Positions 1 through 10,727 of a stretch of DNA of 64,000 nucleotides are shown piece by piece. The notes beneath the pieces were generated by a model that saw only the letters and a list, made by a program, of their open reading frames with translations, did not search any database and had not been told where the DNA came from. The stretch is from Myxococcota bacterium (GTDB lineage Bacteria > Myxococcota_A > SURF-8). Location of the stretch: contig OZ223209.1 of assembly GCA_965140415.1 (NCBI GenBank), positions 5,664,001 to 5,728,000 of the forward strand, in the 5' to 3' direction. A program made the translations under genes and the position numbers. Each line of letters begins with the position of its first letter. Position 1 is the first letter of the stretch.

Positions 1-433
1 ACTTGGACTCGATCTCGCGTCTCGTCATACCGAGGATGGCGCCGTTTAAAAACACGTTTTCGCGCCCGGTCAACTCGGGATGAAAACCGGTGCCCACTTC
101 CAGCATGCTCGCCACGCGGCCTCGCAGCAGCGCCCGGCCCGAAGTCGGTGCGGTAATGCGCGACAGGATTTTCAGCAGTGTCGATTTTCCCGCTCCATTC
201 GCGCCGATTACGCCCAGCACTTCACCCTGTTGCACCTCGAAGGAGACATCTTTGAGCGCCCAGAACTCCTTCTTGGTCGTTTTCTTTTGCTCACCGATTT
301 TGGCGTTGGGGTCCGGTTTGCCGCGAAAACGCGCCCAGCGACTGGCCAGATCCTGCTGCAACGAGCCATAACCGAACACACCGAGCCGGTAGCGTTTGGA
401 AAGATTTTCAACCTGGATAATCGCGTCACTCAT
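1..433 (-). CDS. wzt: Polysaccharide/O-antigen ABC exporter ATP-binding subunit (partial, runs off window start)
   Basis: Not in ORF track; manual translation from ATG 433 gives [18 protein letters not shown]...[38 protein letters not shown]...[21 protein letters not shown], with Walker A and typical Wzt motifs; lies directly downstream of wzm. Confidence 0.93.
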   Translation of the reverse strand, partial: MSDAIIQVENLSKRYRLGVFGYGSLQQDLASRWARFRGKPDPNAKIGEQKKTTKKEFWALKDVSFEVQQGEVLGVIGANGAGKSTLLKILSRITAPTSGRALLRGRVASMLEVGTGFHPELTGRENVFLNGAILGMTRREIESK

Positions 434-442
434 GCTCGTATC

Positions 443-1300
443 TCAAATCGTATCGACAAAGGTGCGCTCCACGCGGCTGAAGCCCACTGCACCCAATAAA
501 ACCAGAAACGCCGTCATGCAAAGACTGATTCCCCAATAATATAGCGAGGGTGAACCACTTCCCAGAAAGCCGAAACGGAACAACTCGACGATAATTGCCA
601 CCGGATTTAACGCCATCACCCAGCGCCAGTTTTCCGGCACGATCGACATAGGATACACGATCGGGGTGGCGTACATCCACAACTGCGTAAAGAAAACAAC
701 CAAATAGTTGATATCACGATATTTTACCGTCATGGCGGCGATGATCAGCCCGCAGCCGAAAGCCAACATTCCCAGTTGCAGAATCAGCACGGGTAGGATT
801 AATAGCCAGAGATTCGGCTGAACACCGCGACCGAGAAACAGGTAAATCGCGAAGACCACAAGGAAAAGCGAGAACTGAACGCCAAGCGTGATGCCTCGCA
901 TAAGTATCGCTGCCAAGGGAACCGACAAGCGCGGGAAATAGACCTTGGTGAAAATCGCCTGGTTTTCGATGAAGGTACTCGCCACCTTCTGAAAGGAACT
1001 GGAGAAAAAGGTCCAGAGAACCACACCGGAAAGATAAAACAGCACGTGCGGCGCACCGTCCGTGCGGATACCGAGCGCCTTTCCGAAAACCAGCGTGAAA
1101 ACCAATGTCGACAACAAGGGCGTGATGATATGCCAAAGCGGGCCGAGAATCGATTGCTTGTATTGCGCGACGAAATCCCGGCGAATGAGCAGTCGAATCA
1201 GAAAACCCCGTCGGATCAACTCGCGGATTTGCAGATTGAACCAGCCCTTTTCCGGCTCGATCAGTACCAGGGTGTCTGTTTTCGGGAGAGATTTCGCCAT
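443..1300 (-). CDS. wzm: ABC-2 type polysaccharide export permease
   Basis: RRDFVAQYKQSILGPLW, KVYFPR, YRD...MYATPIVYP and LNP motifs, several TM segments; start placed at MAKSLPK (track ORF extends to 1351). Confidence 0.92.
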   Translation of the reverse strand: MAKSLPKTDTLVLIEPEKGWFNLQIRELIRRGFLIRLLIRRDFVAQYKQSILGPLWHIITPLLSTLVFTLVFGKALGIRTDGAPHVLFYLSGVVLWTFFSSSFQKVASTFIENQAIFTKVYFPRLSVPLAAILMRGITLGVQFSLFLVVFAIYLFLGRGVQPNLWLLILPVLILQLGMLAFGCGLIIAAMTVKYRDINYLVVFFTQLWMYATPIVYPMSIVPENWRWVMALNPVAIIVELFRFGFLGSGSPSLYYWGISLCMTAFLVLLGAVGFSRVERTFVDTI

Positions 1301-1539
1301 GTACCTTTTATTCTTTCCATAGCCATTTAGTCGATGGCGAGGCGTTCTCATTTACAAGCAGAAAACAAGGATTACGATGCTGAAAATACCATAGAAAACA
1401 ACGATATCCAAGAATTCTTTTCTATGCTACGCGCATGGAAACAATGGGTAATTCGCCCCATGGCATGCAACGGGACGGCTGCTTGTCGAAGACATCTCGA
1501 CGGATGCAGAGTCGGGTAAGTAAAAACGAGAAACGTTTA

Positions 1540-2736
1540 TTAAAACCGCCCGTTGCGGCCCAGCTCGAAATAGAACCCGAACGGAAACTTGATCTTTCCA
1601 TCCGATTCTACAATACCGGGAGGAGGATTGGGAAAGGGGGCCGCCTTCAATACCGCAGAGAGCGCTTCCTCATCCAAAAAGCCCACTCCGCTGGAACGAG
1701 AGACTTCGGCGTCTTGCAGATTGCCTTTGTCGTCCAAGGTGATGAACACGACGGTGTAACGATTTTGATAGCCGTGAATGGCGTGGGTCGGATCGAAGCG
1801 CGCCTGGGCATTGGCTGGACGCCAGCGTTTGGCTACCTCGCGTTTGACACGATTATAAAAGGTGGCGTACTTGAAAGACTTCGTATTCAGCCAGGTTTCC
1901 TCGCCTTCCGGCACGTCTTCCAGCCGGTCGTTCATCGGCGCACCGGCAACTTCCAGCGCCGTATTCAGATCGGGCAGCAGGCTTTTTGGGATGTTGCTGC
2001 GCGGACCGACGCCGTTTTCGCCGTCCATCCCTTTTTCATGCTCGTCGAAGAGCATCTGCAAGCGCTCGGAATTTCCTTTGACGGTCTGGTTTTCACGTTC
2101 GCGGTTTTTGAATTCACCCCGGGTACCATCGTCTTTCAGATCCAGCTTCATCGCCATTTTCAGATCCGGCACCAACACCAGGTTTTGCGGATTCGTGCTG
2201 CCCGGCGCGTGGGGCTTGCGCGGATCATTCAGCACCAGTTTACCCTCCTGGCGCTCGATGGCCTGCTGGGCGTTTGGAACGCCGCTGCGACTTTCCTTTT
2301 TCGTTACCGTATCCGCAGGACGGCGGATCTTGGCCTTGCTCTGCTTCTCGACTTTGGAATCATACTGGCTGACGAATTTGGCCTCGTCGGGCACCTCCTG
2401 CTTGTCGGGCATGGCGATGTCCACGATCTGGCCCTTGGGCTGCTTGGGTGGAATAACCTTTTTCTTTTTCTCTTCTTTGTTCTTTTCCGGCTGTTCTTTC
2501 TGCGCGATGCGGCGCGGCTGGGATTTCTGCTGAATGGACTTGTTCTGCATCCACTGCTTGGCATCCACGCTGCGCATGGTGATCGGAGTCGTCGGCAACG
2601 GGGGGGACGCTTCCGGCATCACTCGTTCAAGGCCGAGCAGAAGCAGCGCCCAGCACAAGGCAGAGACGAGCAACCACGGTCCTAGCCGCCGCAAATGCCC
2701 CCGCTTTCGTAACTGTCTCCACTCCTGTACGTGCAT
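1540..2736 (-). CDS. TonB-family energy transducer protein (TM anchor, charged/Pro-rich linker, TonB C-terminal domain)
   Basis: N-terminal TM; C-terminal YNRVKREVAKRW...ITLDDKGNL...VSRSSGVGFLDEEALSAVLKAAPFPNPP. Confidence 0.85.
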   Translation of the reverse strand: MHVQEWRQLRKRGHLRRLGPWLLVSALCWALLLLGLERVMPEASPPLPTTPITMRSVDAKQWMQNKSIQQKSQPRRIAQKEQPEKNKEEKKKKVIPPKQPKGQIVDIAMPDKQEVPDEAKFVSQYDSKVEKQSKAKIRRPADTVTKKESRSGVPNAQQAIERQEGKLVLNDPRKPHAPGSTNPQNLVLVPDLKMAMKLDLKDDGTRGEFKNRERENQTVKGNSERLQMLFDEHEKGMDGENGVGPRSNIPKSLLPDLNTALEVAGAPMNDRLEDVPEGEETWLNTKSFKYATFYNRVKREVAKRWRPANAQARFDPTHAIHGYQNRYTVVFITLDDKGNLQDAEVSRSSGVGFLDEEALSAVLKAAPFPNPPPGIVESDGKIKFPFGFYFELGRNGRF

Positions 2737-2988
2737 GAACGTCCGTCCTTTATACGAACTCGAAACCTCTCATAACCTACTATAGTAGCAGATCGGAAAA
2801 AACGCTGTCAAAGGCTGATACAAGAATATACACAATCTTGACATCGGGTGCGTTGGCTTTGTTCCCCTGTTTGGGGAATAGAACCCACTTTTTTCCCTGC
2901 ATCCGTTGACGTTCCCCCGGCACTTTGGGTAGGATAGCGCCGCAGGTTGCAAAACGCATCGATTACAGCGCGAAGGAAAAAGAAAGCC

Positions 2989-3975
2989 ATGTTGACAGCG
3001 GAACAGAAAACGGAAGTGCAGCAAGCCTTACAGAGCCTTACGAAACCTTTTGCGCTGATCGTGCAGAAATCCAAAACGGAACATCCACTCAATCAGAAGT
3101 TGCTTGCGTTTGCCGAAGAACTGGCGGCTTTGTCGGAGCAGATCACCGTTACCGAGCGCAACGCCGAAGACGATCTTCCCGCGCTGGGCTTTCACAAAGA
3201 GGACGGCGGCTGGGTCTGGTACGCCGGATTGCCGGAGTTGGGTGAATGGCCGCCCTTCATGCAAACGCTGGCGGTGGCTGCCGGAAGCTGTCCGATTCCC
3301 GCAGACGGTCTTTCCTCGCTGCCGGTGAGCGAGCAGCCGCGCAGCTTTGACGTATTCGTCATGCCGCACTGCGTGTTCTGTCCCCAGGCGGCGTTACTGG
3401 TCAATTGCCTGGCGCTGATGCATCCCGGTATTACGTCCCGCATCATCGATGCCCAGGCCAATATGGAATTGGCTAGCAAGATCGGCGTCCGTTCCACCCC
3501 GACGATTCTACTGGACGGCGTACTGCGCTGGGTCGGTCAACTCGGAATCGCCAACGTTCCCACCCTGCTGCAAAACGAGTCGGAAAGCTGGCAGGACACC
3601 TTGAAAAGCCAGATCAACACCGGCAGCGTAGAGGAAACCGTGCAAACGGTGCTGAAAAACAACGACGCCGCCGAACAACTGCCCTATCTGCTGCAAAAGC
3701 CGGAACTGTCGTTGCACATGGCGGTGTTGCGGGTAATCGAAGACGCCGTGGCAGAACAGGCGGATATCGGCAAGAAAATGCTGAATTCGCTGGACAAGCT
3801 AACCAGACACAGTAACCCCTTGACACGCGGGGATGCCGCCTATGCGCTCGGCCTGATCAACCTGCCGCAAGCCATTCCGATTTTAAAGCGATGCCTGCAA
3901 GATGAAAACGAAGACGTGCAGGACAGCGCCCGCGACTCGCTGGAAATGCTGGGCGAAGCGGTGGAAGGCAACTGA
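2989..3975 (+). CDS. AhpF-N-like thioredoxin-fold protein fused to C-terminal HEAT repeats
   Basis: CVFCP CxxC motif, GVRSTPTILLDG (cis-Pro region); C-terminal RGDAAYALG...LQDENEDVQDSARDSL HEAT-like repeats. Confidence 0.75.
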   Translation: MLTAEQKTEVQQALQSLTKPFALIVQKSKTEHPLNQKLLAFAEELAALSEQITVTERNAEDDLPALGFHKEDGGWVWYAGLPELGEWPPFMQTLAVAAGSCPIPADGLSSLPVSEQPRSFDVFVMPHCVFCPQAALLVNCLALMHPGITSRIIDAQANMELASKIGVRSTPTILLDGVLRWVGQLGIANVPTLLQNESESWQDTLKSQINTGSVEETVQTVLKNNDAAEQLPYLLQKPELSLHMAVLRVIEDAVAEQADIGKKMLNSLDKLTRHSNPLTRGDAAYALGLINLPQAIPILKRCLQDENEDVQDSARDSLEMLGEAVEGN

Positions 3976-4128
3976 CAGCACGAACACAAACATTCACACC
4001 CTATGATCGAGAAGGATTGTATCCTGCTTTACGGATTTGGTTTCGGCGGACAGATCTACAAAGGAAAAATGTTTCTAGCAGGATTCAATCCTCCTCGATC
4101 TGAATTGAAATTTGTAGACAACACGAAA

Positions 4129-4162
4129 ACACGGCCTCCACCGAAAAGGATGGAGACCGTGT
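4129..4162 (-). terminator. Intrinsic terminator-like hairpin (may also be a REP-like repeat)
   Basis: Minus strand ACACGGTCTCCA-loop-TGGAGGCCGTGT followed by TTT, just after the stop of the 62-aa ORF. Confidence 0.6.
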
Positions 4163-4170
4163 CGATCGAA

Positions 4171-4359
4171 TTAACCGTACTGCCAGTTTGACATTATGGA
4201 ATAAGATCTGGCATCAATAAAGGTGATATTAAAACTAGATTCTTGTTTTTTACAGAGATGATAATTCTTAAACTTGTTTATTATTTGCTTGTACAACCAG
4301 CCAATGAGCTTTCCAACTGCTGTCGTAATAATAGCATCAATTATCTTTTCTATTAACAT
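4171..4359 (-). CDS. Small hypothetical protein (62 aa, AT-rich)
   Basis: Strong SD (GAAAGGAG) just upstream of ATG 4359; amphipathic N-terminus; followed by a terminator hairpin. Confidence 0.55.
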   Translation of the reverse strand: MLIEKIIDAIITTAVGKLIGWLYKQIINKFKNYHLCKKQESSFNITFIDARSYSIMSNWQYG

Positions 4360-4452
4360 TATAAACTCCTTTCAATTTCAAGTTATAATTACATAACAAT
4401 TTCAATGAGTTAACTGATTATGGTGTAAATTGACTAATAAACAATAACCAAG

Positions 4453-4620
4453 TCACATTTCTGGTGGTGCTCTGGGTTTGGTTTTGGGATGAATTTTGTC
4501 TCTTGGCCGATGCGCCATGAAGGCATAAAATGAGGGCACAGAAATAAATTGTTTCATATTCAGTCTCTTCGATATAGCAATTTTGAGAAAAAATAATATC
4601 ACCCAGGCGAACCCGAGCAT
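4453..4620 (-). CDS. 55-aa small ORF with hydrophobic N-terminus and C-terminal RAPP motif (candidate arrest/leader peptide)
   Basis: Manual translation MLGFAWVILFFLKIAISKRLNMKQFISVPSFYAFMAHRPRDKIHPKTKPRAPPEM*; AGGA upstream of the ATG; lies about 70 nt downstream of a consensus promoter. Confidence 0.45.
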   Translation of the reverse strand: MLGFAWVILFFLKIAISKRLNMKQFISVPSFYAFMAHRPRDKIHPKTKPRAPPEM

Positions 4621-4690
4621 TCAGTATCCTACAACATCACAAACGAAAAGCGAGCGCTAAAATAATACACAATATAATCAAACTACACCT

Positions 4691-4719
4691 ATTATATCAC
4701 GTATGATTCAAAATGTCAA
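4691..4719 (-). promoter_or_regulatory. sigma70 promoter, perfect consensus
   Basis: Minus strand TTGACA (4719-4714), 17 nt spacer, TATAAT (4696-4691). Confidence 0.8.
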
Positions 4720-4762
4720 GAAAACAATTGCTAACGCCCTGATTTTTTTCCCTCTGAGTAGA

Positions 4763-4965
4763 GTAGGATGGGCATCCATGAGCAAGTCTTTGTCAAGCGA
4801 TAATTGCGGGGCGATCACGGGATCTCCAAGCATCCATTCGGCATCGCCGCAAGCGGCCCGCCATTCAATAAAATTCGGTTCGGCCCCATTCAATTGACGG
4901 CTTGTAACAGCCATGCCCATCCTACCCAATCTGGAATTGACGGGCCAAACAATTGCCCACCCTAC
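4763..4965. repeat. GTAG-type REP-like inverted repeats
   Basis: GTAGGATGGGCAT (4763-4775) is the exact reverse complement of ATGCCCATCCTAC (4913-4925); a third related copy TTGCCCACCCTAC ends at 4965. Confidence 0.6.
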
Positions 4966-4986
4966 TCAATCTCCCAAATTGACACG

Positions 4987-5012
4987 AAAAAACCGGGGCG
5001 CTTGCCCCGGTT
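4987..5012 (-). terminator. Intrinsic terminator of rpoZ-eno
   Basis: AACCGGGG-loop-CCCCGGTT hairpin with a T-run on the minus strand. Confidence 0.75.
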
Positions 5013-5038
5013 GGAAGAATCGAGAATCTCTCAAGCGC

Positions 5039-6567
<1,529 letters not shown>

Positions 6568-6924
6568 ATCAGGGACTGCTCCTTCTGATTAAAGTTAGGC
6601 ATTCCTTTTCCCCCCTCAAATACCCGCTAAGTGTACGGAATTAATTCAAAAATGCAAGGATAAAATGGGGAAAGACAAACATGGGCTCCGACATCGAGAT
6701 CGGGATTCTTTCAGGGTCGAAACCGTCACTTCGTATTTCGTGCGCGGGAGCGGGTCACCAACCCGCCATTTGCTAGTGAACTCACAAAATTCAAGTGTTT
6801 TCCGCTGGATTCATTTCAGCAAGTCGTGCAAAGTAGTTGCTAGTGTTTTCCATTTGTTGTATATTAGGGCGATTGAACTTGGAACACCTATTTCACCACC
6901 CACGCAATCGAACGAGGTTATTTG

Positions 6925-7386
6925 ATGAAGGTTGTTCTTTTTCCGTATTCTCAGGCTCGCCGAACTTCAGACGTCGATAAGGTAACCGCCTATGCGAAGC
7001 AGGCCGCCTTGCGCTTGCAGACTTATTTAGGCGCAATCCCTTCCGGTTCTCGGCTGTTACTGGAGCGAGCCTCGGACAGTCGCGCGGTGGGGCTGGCACT
7101 GGAAGACCAGTTCGGCGGTATGGATTTCAGCTACTTCAACTGGGCGGTACCCAAAAACAGCACCACGCCCGTACACCCCCAGTTCGAATCGATTTTTCGT
7201 GCGATCATGACGGTGGACATTCCGGTTGTCTTCCTTGTCATTCCAAGTAGCTACGTGGAGCGCTATGCAGAGGAAATTCTGCGACAGCTCGAATTGCCGC
7301 AGTCGCGACTTTCCATGGGTGGAGGACACAAAATTATACTGATCGAAGCCAAAGCCAAAGATCCCGTGCGAATGATCACCGTGTAG
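6925..7386 (+). CDS. Hypothetical protein
   Basis: 153-aa ORF with GAGGT SD; alpha/beta-like pattern, no motif recognised. Confidence 0.6.
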   Translation: MKVVLFPYSQARRTSDVDKVTAYAKQAALRLQTYLGAIPSGSRLLLERASDSRAVGLALEDQFGGMDFSYFNWAVPKNSTTPVHPQFESIFRAIMTVDIPVVFLVIPSSYVERYAEEILRQLELPQSRLSMGGGHKIILIEAKAKDPVRMITV

Positions 7387-7474
7387 ATCGCTTTAACGGT
7401 TAGAACGATAAGATAAAACGAGGGGAAAAGCGTTCGATCAACGCGCCCCAAACCAGCGAGACAAGACGAAAACC

Positions 7475-8635
7475 ATGAACTGGACAATTCCTACCCCGGA
7501 TCTGATTGAAGAATGGAAAGCCCAAGGACAGGTGCGTAAGCTCATTCGCGTACTGGCCCAACCCGACAGCCCCCATCATCTTCTCACTTTGCGTGCTCTG
7601 GAAGAACTTGGCGAAGAAGCGATGCCGGCCTTGGTTCAGGTCGTCGAAATCGTTCCGGACAATTTGGATCTGCTCTGTTACGCCATCGATCTGCTGGCGC
7701 TGATGCGCTACAAACAGGCGGTGGCCAGCATCGTCGCACTAACGGAAAAAGGCGTGGGCTGGTTCGAATCCATGGTTGGTGGGGAGAAATTGTGGGTCAC
7801 TTCCGTCGATGCGCTGGGGAAAATCGGCACCATCGACGGACTCAACCGCCTTCGAGACGTTGCCCAGGACAATCGCTTCAGCGAGCGCTATCGCCAGCGC
7901 GCCATCGAAGCACTTTCGATGTCGCGCCAGAAGGAATCCGTGGAGCGGCTGGCGGATCTGCTGTCAAGTTTAAGCTCGGATGAGCTAAAAACCGCTGCAC
8001 TGGCAGGACTGATCGGCAATGGCGAACCCGCCAAACTGTACATCACAAACTTTTACAATAAACACAAGGCACCGGTCTGGCGAAAACGGATCGTGCGTCT
8101 TATGGGCGAATACCAGGCACAGGCTTTTGTCAAAAACCTGCTTGAATGGATGGAACAGGCAGAAGGCGACCTGCTGATCGCGATTCTGGTCGCTTTAGGA
8201 GAAATCGGCAACAAGCGGGCCTTCGCTCCCATCAAACTCTGCTTCGACAAATTGGACCAGACGGCCAAAGTGGCTGCTTCTCGGGCACTGGTTAACCTGG
8301 GTTGGCTGGCCGGAGAGCAGGACAGCGAAGAAAGCCGCCTGTATTACTTCATCGGTTCCGGGGATCTGCACGCTGCCATCAGCATGGGGCCATTAGGGCT
8401 GGATCTGGTTTGCACCTATCTGGAACTGCACCCGGATGCCCTTTCCACATTCTGCCGCTCGGGAGTCTCCGAAACCGACTGGTGGTTCGTCATGGATGCG
8501 CTCTCCAAACGCAAACAGGCGGGCATTACCAAGGCGTTCAAGGCCATGCTGGAATACGACGATTATTCCACGGATGTCACCACCTGGGTCGGTCGTTTTG
8601 CCAAGCGCCAGGGGCTGCGCATCAAAGAAGCCTGA
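7475..8635 (+). CDS. HEAT/PBS-lyase-like repeat protein
   Basis: Repeated helical motifs (ALGKIG, ALGEIGNKRA, AASRALVNLG). Confidence 0.75.
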   Translation: MNWTIPTPDLIEEWKAQGQVRKLIRVLAQPDSPHHLLTLRALEELGEEAMPALVQVVEIVPDNLDLLCYAIDLLALMRYKQAVASIVALTEKGVGWFESMVGGEKLWVTSVDALGKIGTIDGLNRLRDVAQDNRFSERYRQRAIEALSMSRQKESVERLADLLSSLSSDELKTAALAGLIGNGEPAKLYITNFYNKHKAPVWRKRIVRLMGEYQAQAFVKNLLEWMEQAEGDLLIAILVALGEIGNKRAFAPIKLCFDKLDQTAKVAASRALVNLGWLAGEQDSEESRLYYFIGSGDLHAAISMGPLGLDLVCTYLELHPDALSTFCRSGVSETDWWFVMDALSKRKQAGITKAFKAMLEYDDYSTDVTTWVGRFAKRQGLRIKEA

Positions 8636-8690
8636 TTTCAGGGGCTTGCCCTCACCCAAACACAAACAAAACACAAAATCCTGTCACTCC

Positions 8691-8726
8691 TGCAATATCT
8701 GCACTTCATTTTTTGCAGATATTGCA
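8691..8726. promoter_or_regulatory. Perfect 13-bp inverted repeat upstream of glnA (operator or hairpin)
   Basis: TGCAATATCTGCA-N10-TGCAGATATTGCA, immediately upstream of a TTGACA. Confidence 0.55.
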
Positions 8727-8886
8727 TTTTTCTGTTGACACTGACAGCATTTTTGTGCAACATCCGCACTAGTTGAGCAACAACTAAGAGACCTTTTTCA
8801 AATTAACCAGAGTATGCTGAACGGAACCTGACACAAAACAACCCGGGTTTCCGCAAAAAACAGCTCCCCAGCGAAAGGATGGAAAC

Positions 8887-10215
8887 ATGCTGTCACGCGA
8901 TGAGATTCTGAGTACATTAAAGAAAGAAGGCGTACATTACCTGCGCTTGTGGTTCACCGACATCATGGGCCGCAATAAAAACGTCGAAGTTCCCGCTTCT
9001 CAGTTCGAAAAAGCGCTGGACGGCCAGATTCTCTTTGACGGCTCCTCCATCGAAGGTTTTTCCCGCATCGAAGAATCGGACATGATCCTGGTACCCGATT
9101 ACCGCACCTTCGTCATTTTTCCGTGGGAAGAACGCGGCGGCAAGGTTGCACGTCTGATCTGCGATATTCGCAATCCTGACAACTCCGATTTCCCCGGTTG
9201 CCCGCGTACGCGACTACAAAGAATCTGCGAAGAAGCGAAAAGCATGGGCTTTGAAATGAAAGCCGGGCCGGAAGCGGAATTCTTCCTGTTCGAACGCGAC
9301 GAGCAAGGCCGCGCCACCACGCGCACCCACGACCGTGGCGCCTATTTCGATCTGACTCCCATCGACCGCGGCGAAGACGCCCGCCGGGAAATCGTCAGCG
9401 TGCTGGAACGCATCGGATTCGAAGTCGAAGCCGCGCATCATGAAGTGGCCTATGGACAGCATGAAATCGACTTCAAATATCATGAAGCGCTGCATACCGC
9501 CGATAACATTGCGACTTTCCGCTTTGTCGTGCGCAAAATCGCCCTCGATTTCGGCCTGCACGCGACCTTCATGCCCAAACCGATCTTCGGTATCAACGGT
9601 TCGGGTATGCACATTCATCAGAGCCTGTTCACCCTGGATGGCGAAAACGCCTTCTACGATAAAAACGCGACGTACCAGATCTCCGAAACGGGACTCAATT
9701 ATATCGGCGGATTCCTCGAACACGCACGCGGCTTCTGCGCGATTACCAACCCGCTGGTCAATTCCTACAAGCGCCTGGTTCCCGGCTATGAAGCCCCCAC
9801 GCACATTGCCTGGTCCGAGCGCAATCGTTCGCCGCTGGTACGCGTTCCCGACCGCCGTGGCGAAGGCACCCGCGCCGAGTTGCGTATGCCCGATCCCTCC
9901 TGCAATCCCTACCTGGCCTTGGCCGTAACACTGGCGGCAGGACTGGATGGCATTACCCGGAAACTGGACCCGGGCCCCTCTATCAACAAGAACATTTATA
10001 CCATGAGCCAGCGTGAGCGTTCGCGCTTGAAGATCAAGTCGCTGCCCGCCAATCTCAATGAAGCGGTCGACGCCATGGAAAAAGATTCTCTGATGGCGAA
10101 ATCGCTGGGCAATCACATTGCCAAGAATTACGCCCGCGCAAAACGTCAGGAATGGGCTGATTACATCGCCCAGGTGCATCAGTGGGAAGTAGACAATTAC
10201 CTGACCGCGTACTGA
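8887..10215 (+). CDS. glnA: Glutamine synthetase type I (short, GSI-alpha-like)
   Basis: FDGSSIEGF, HHEVAYGQHEI, FMPKPIFGINGSGMHIHQSL, NSYKRLVPGYEAP, RAELRMPDP; 442 aa. Confidence 0.98.
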   Translation: MLSRDEILSTLKKEGVHYLRLWFTDIMGRNKNVEVPASQFEKALDGQILFDGSSIEGFSRIEESDMILVPDYRTFVIFPWEERGGKVARLICDIRNPDNSDFPGCPRTRLQRICEEAKSMGFEMKAGPEAEFFLFERDEQGRATTRTHDRGAYFDLTPIDRGEDARREIVSVLERIGFEVEAAHHEVAYGQHEIDFKYHEALHTADNIATFRFVVRKIALDFGLHATFMPKPIFGINGSGMHIHQSLFTLDGENAFYDKNATYQISETGLNYIGGFLEHARGFCAITNPLVNSYKRLVPGYEAPTHIAWSERNRSPLVRVPDRRGEGTRAELRMPDPSCNPYLALAVTLAAGLDGITRKLDPGPSINKNIYTMSQRERSRLKIKSLPANLNEAVDAMEKDSLMAKSLGNHIAKNYARAKRQEWADYIAQVHQWEVDNYLTAY

Positions 10216-10238
10216 TTCAAGCTCACTAGTTTCTTCGA

Positions 10239-10274
10239 CCCCCGAGGCAGCAAGGTTTCTGCCTCGGGGGTTTT
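10239..10274 (+). terminator. Intrinsic terminator after glnA
   Basis: CCCCCGAGGCAG-loop-CTGCCTCGGGGG-TTTT. Confidence 0.85.
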
Positions 10275-10469
10275 ATCGTTTATGGGCACTATTGTGAATA
10301 GAAAGTACCGGTCGTCTACGGCATGATCTGAAAAACGAAGGAAATAAAATTTGCATCTAATTGTAAGTTATCGTTATTTTTTCCTTCCAAATTTTCCAAA
10401 ACTAGCATATTGTTAACATCTACTCTGCAATACTGGTTGTTGATTGAGGGAGGAGGAGAAAAGCAAGCA

Positions 10470-10667
10470 ATGGGCGGAAGCAAACTAAAACGCTTGCGTG
10501 AGTCGCTATTGGTCAGCAAAAGCGAGCTGGCCAGGAAAGCCGGTGTTTCCACTGTTACCCTTGATCGTATTGAAAAAGGGTATGAATGCCGGGTAACCAC
10601 CAAGCGAAAAATATTGGAAGCGCTCGGATTGACGCCTCAGGACAAAAACAAGGTTTTTGACGATTAA
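10470..10667 (+). CDS. Small XRE-family helix-turn-helix protein
   Basis: LKRLRESLLVSKSELARKAGVSTVTLDRIEKG; strong GGAGG SD before ATG 10470. Confidence 0.88.
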   Translation: MGGSKLKRLRESLLVSKSELARKAGVSTVTLDRIEKGYECRVTTKRKILEALGLTPQDKNKVFDD

Positions 10668-10727
10668 CGAGGCGACCGGGTATTTTGTTTATGGATACCA
10701 TTGTAATGTTCAGGTGGAGAAGCAAGG

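Noticed and set aside
1435-2685. 416-aa plus-strand ORF
   Set aside because: Antisense shadow of the TonB-family gene; no recognisable motifs
9214-10179. 321-aa minus-strand ORF
   Set aside because: Antisense shadow of glnA
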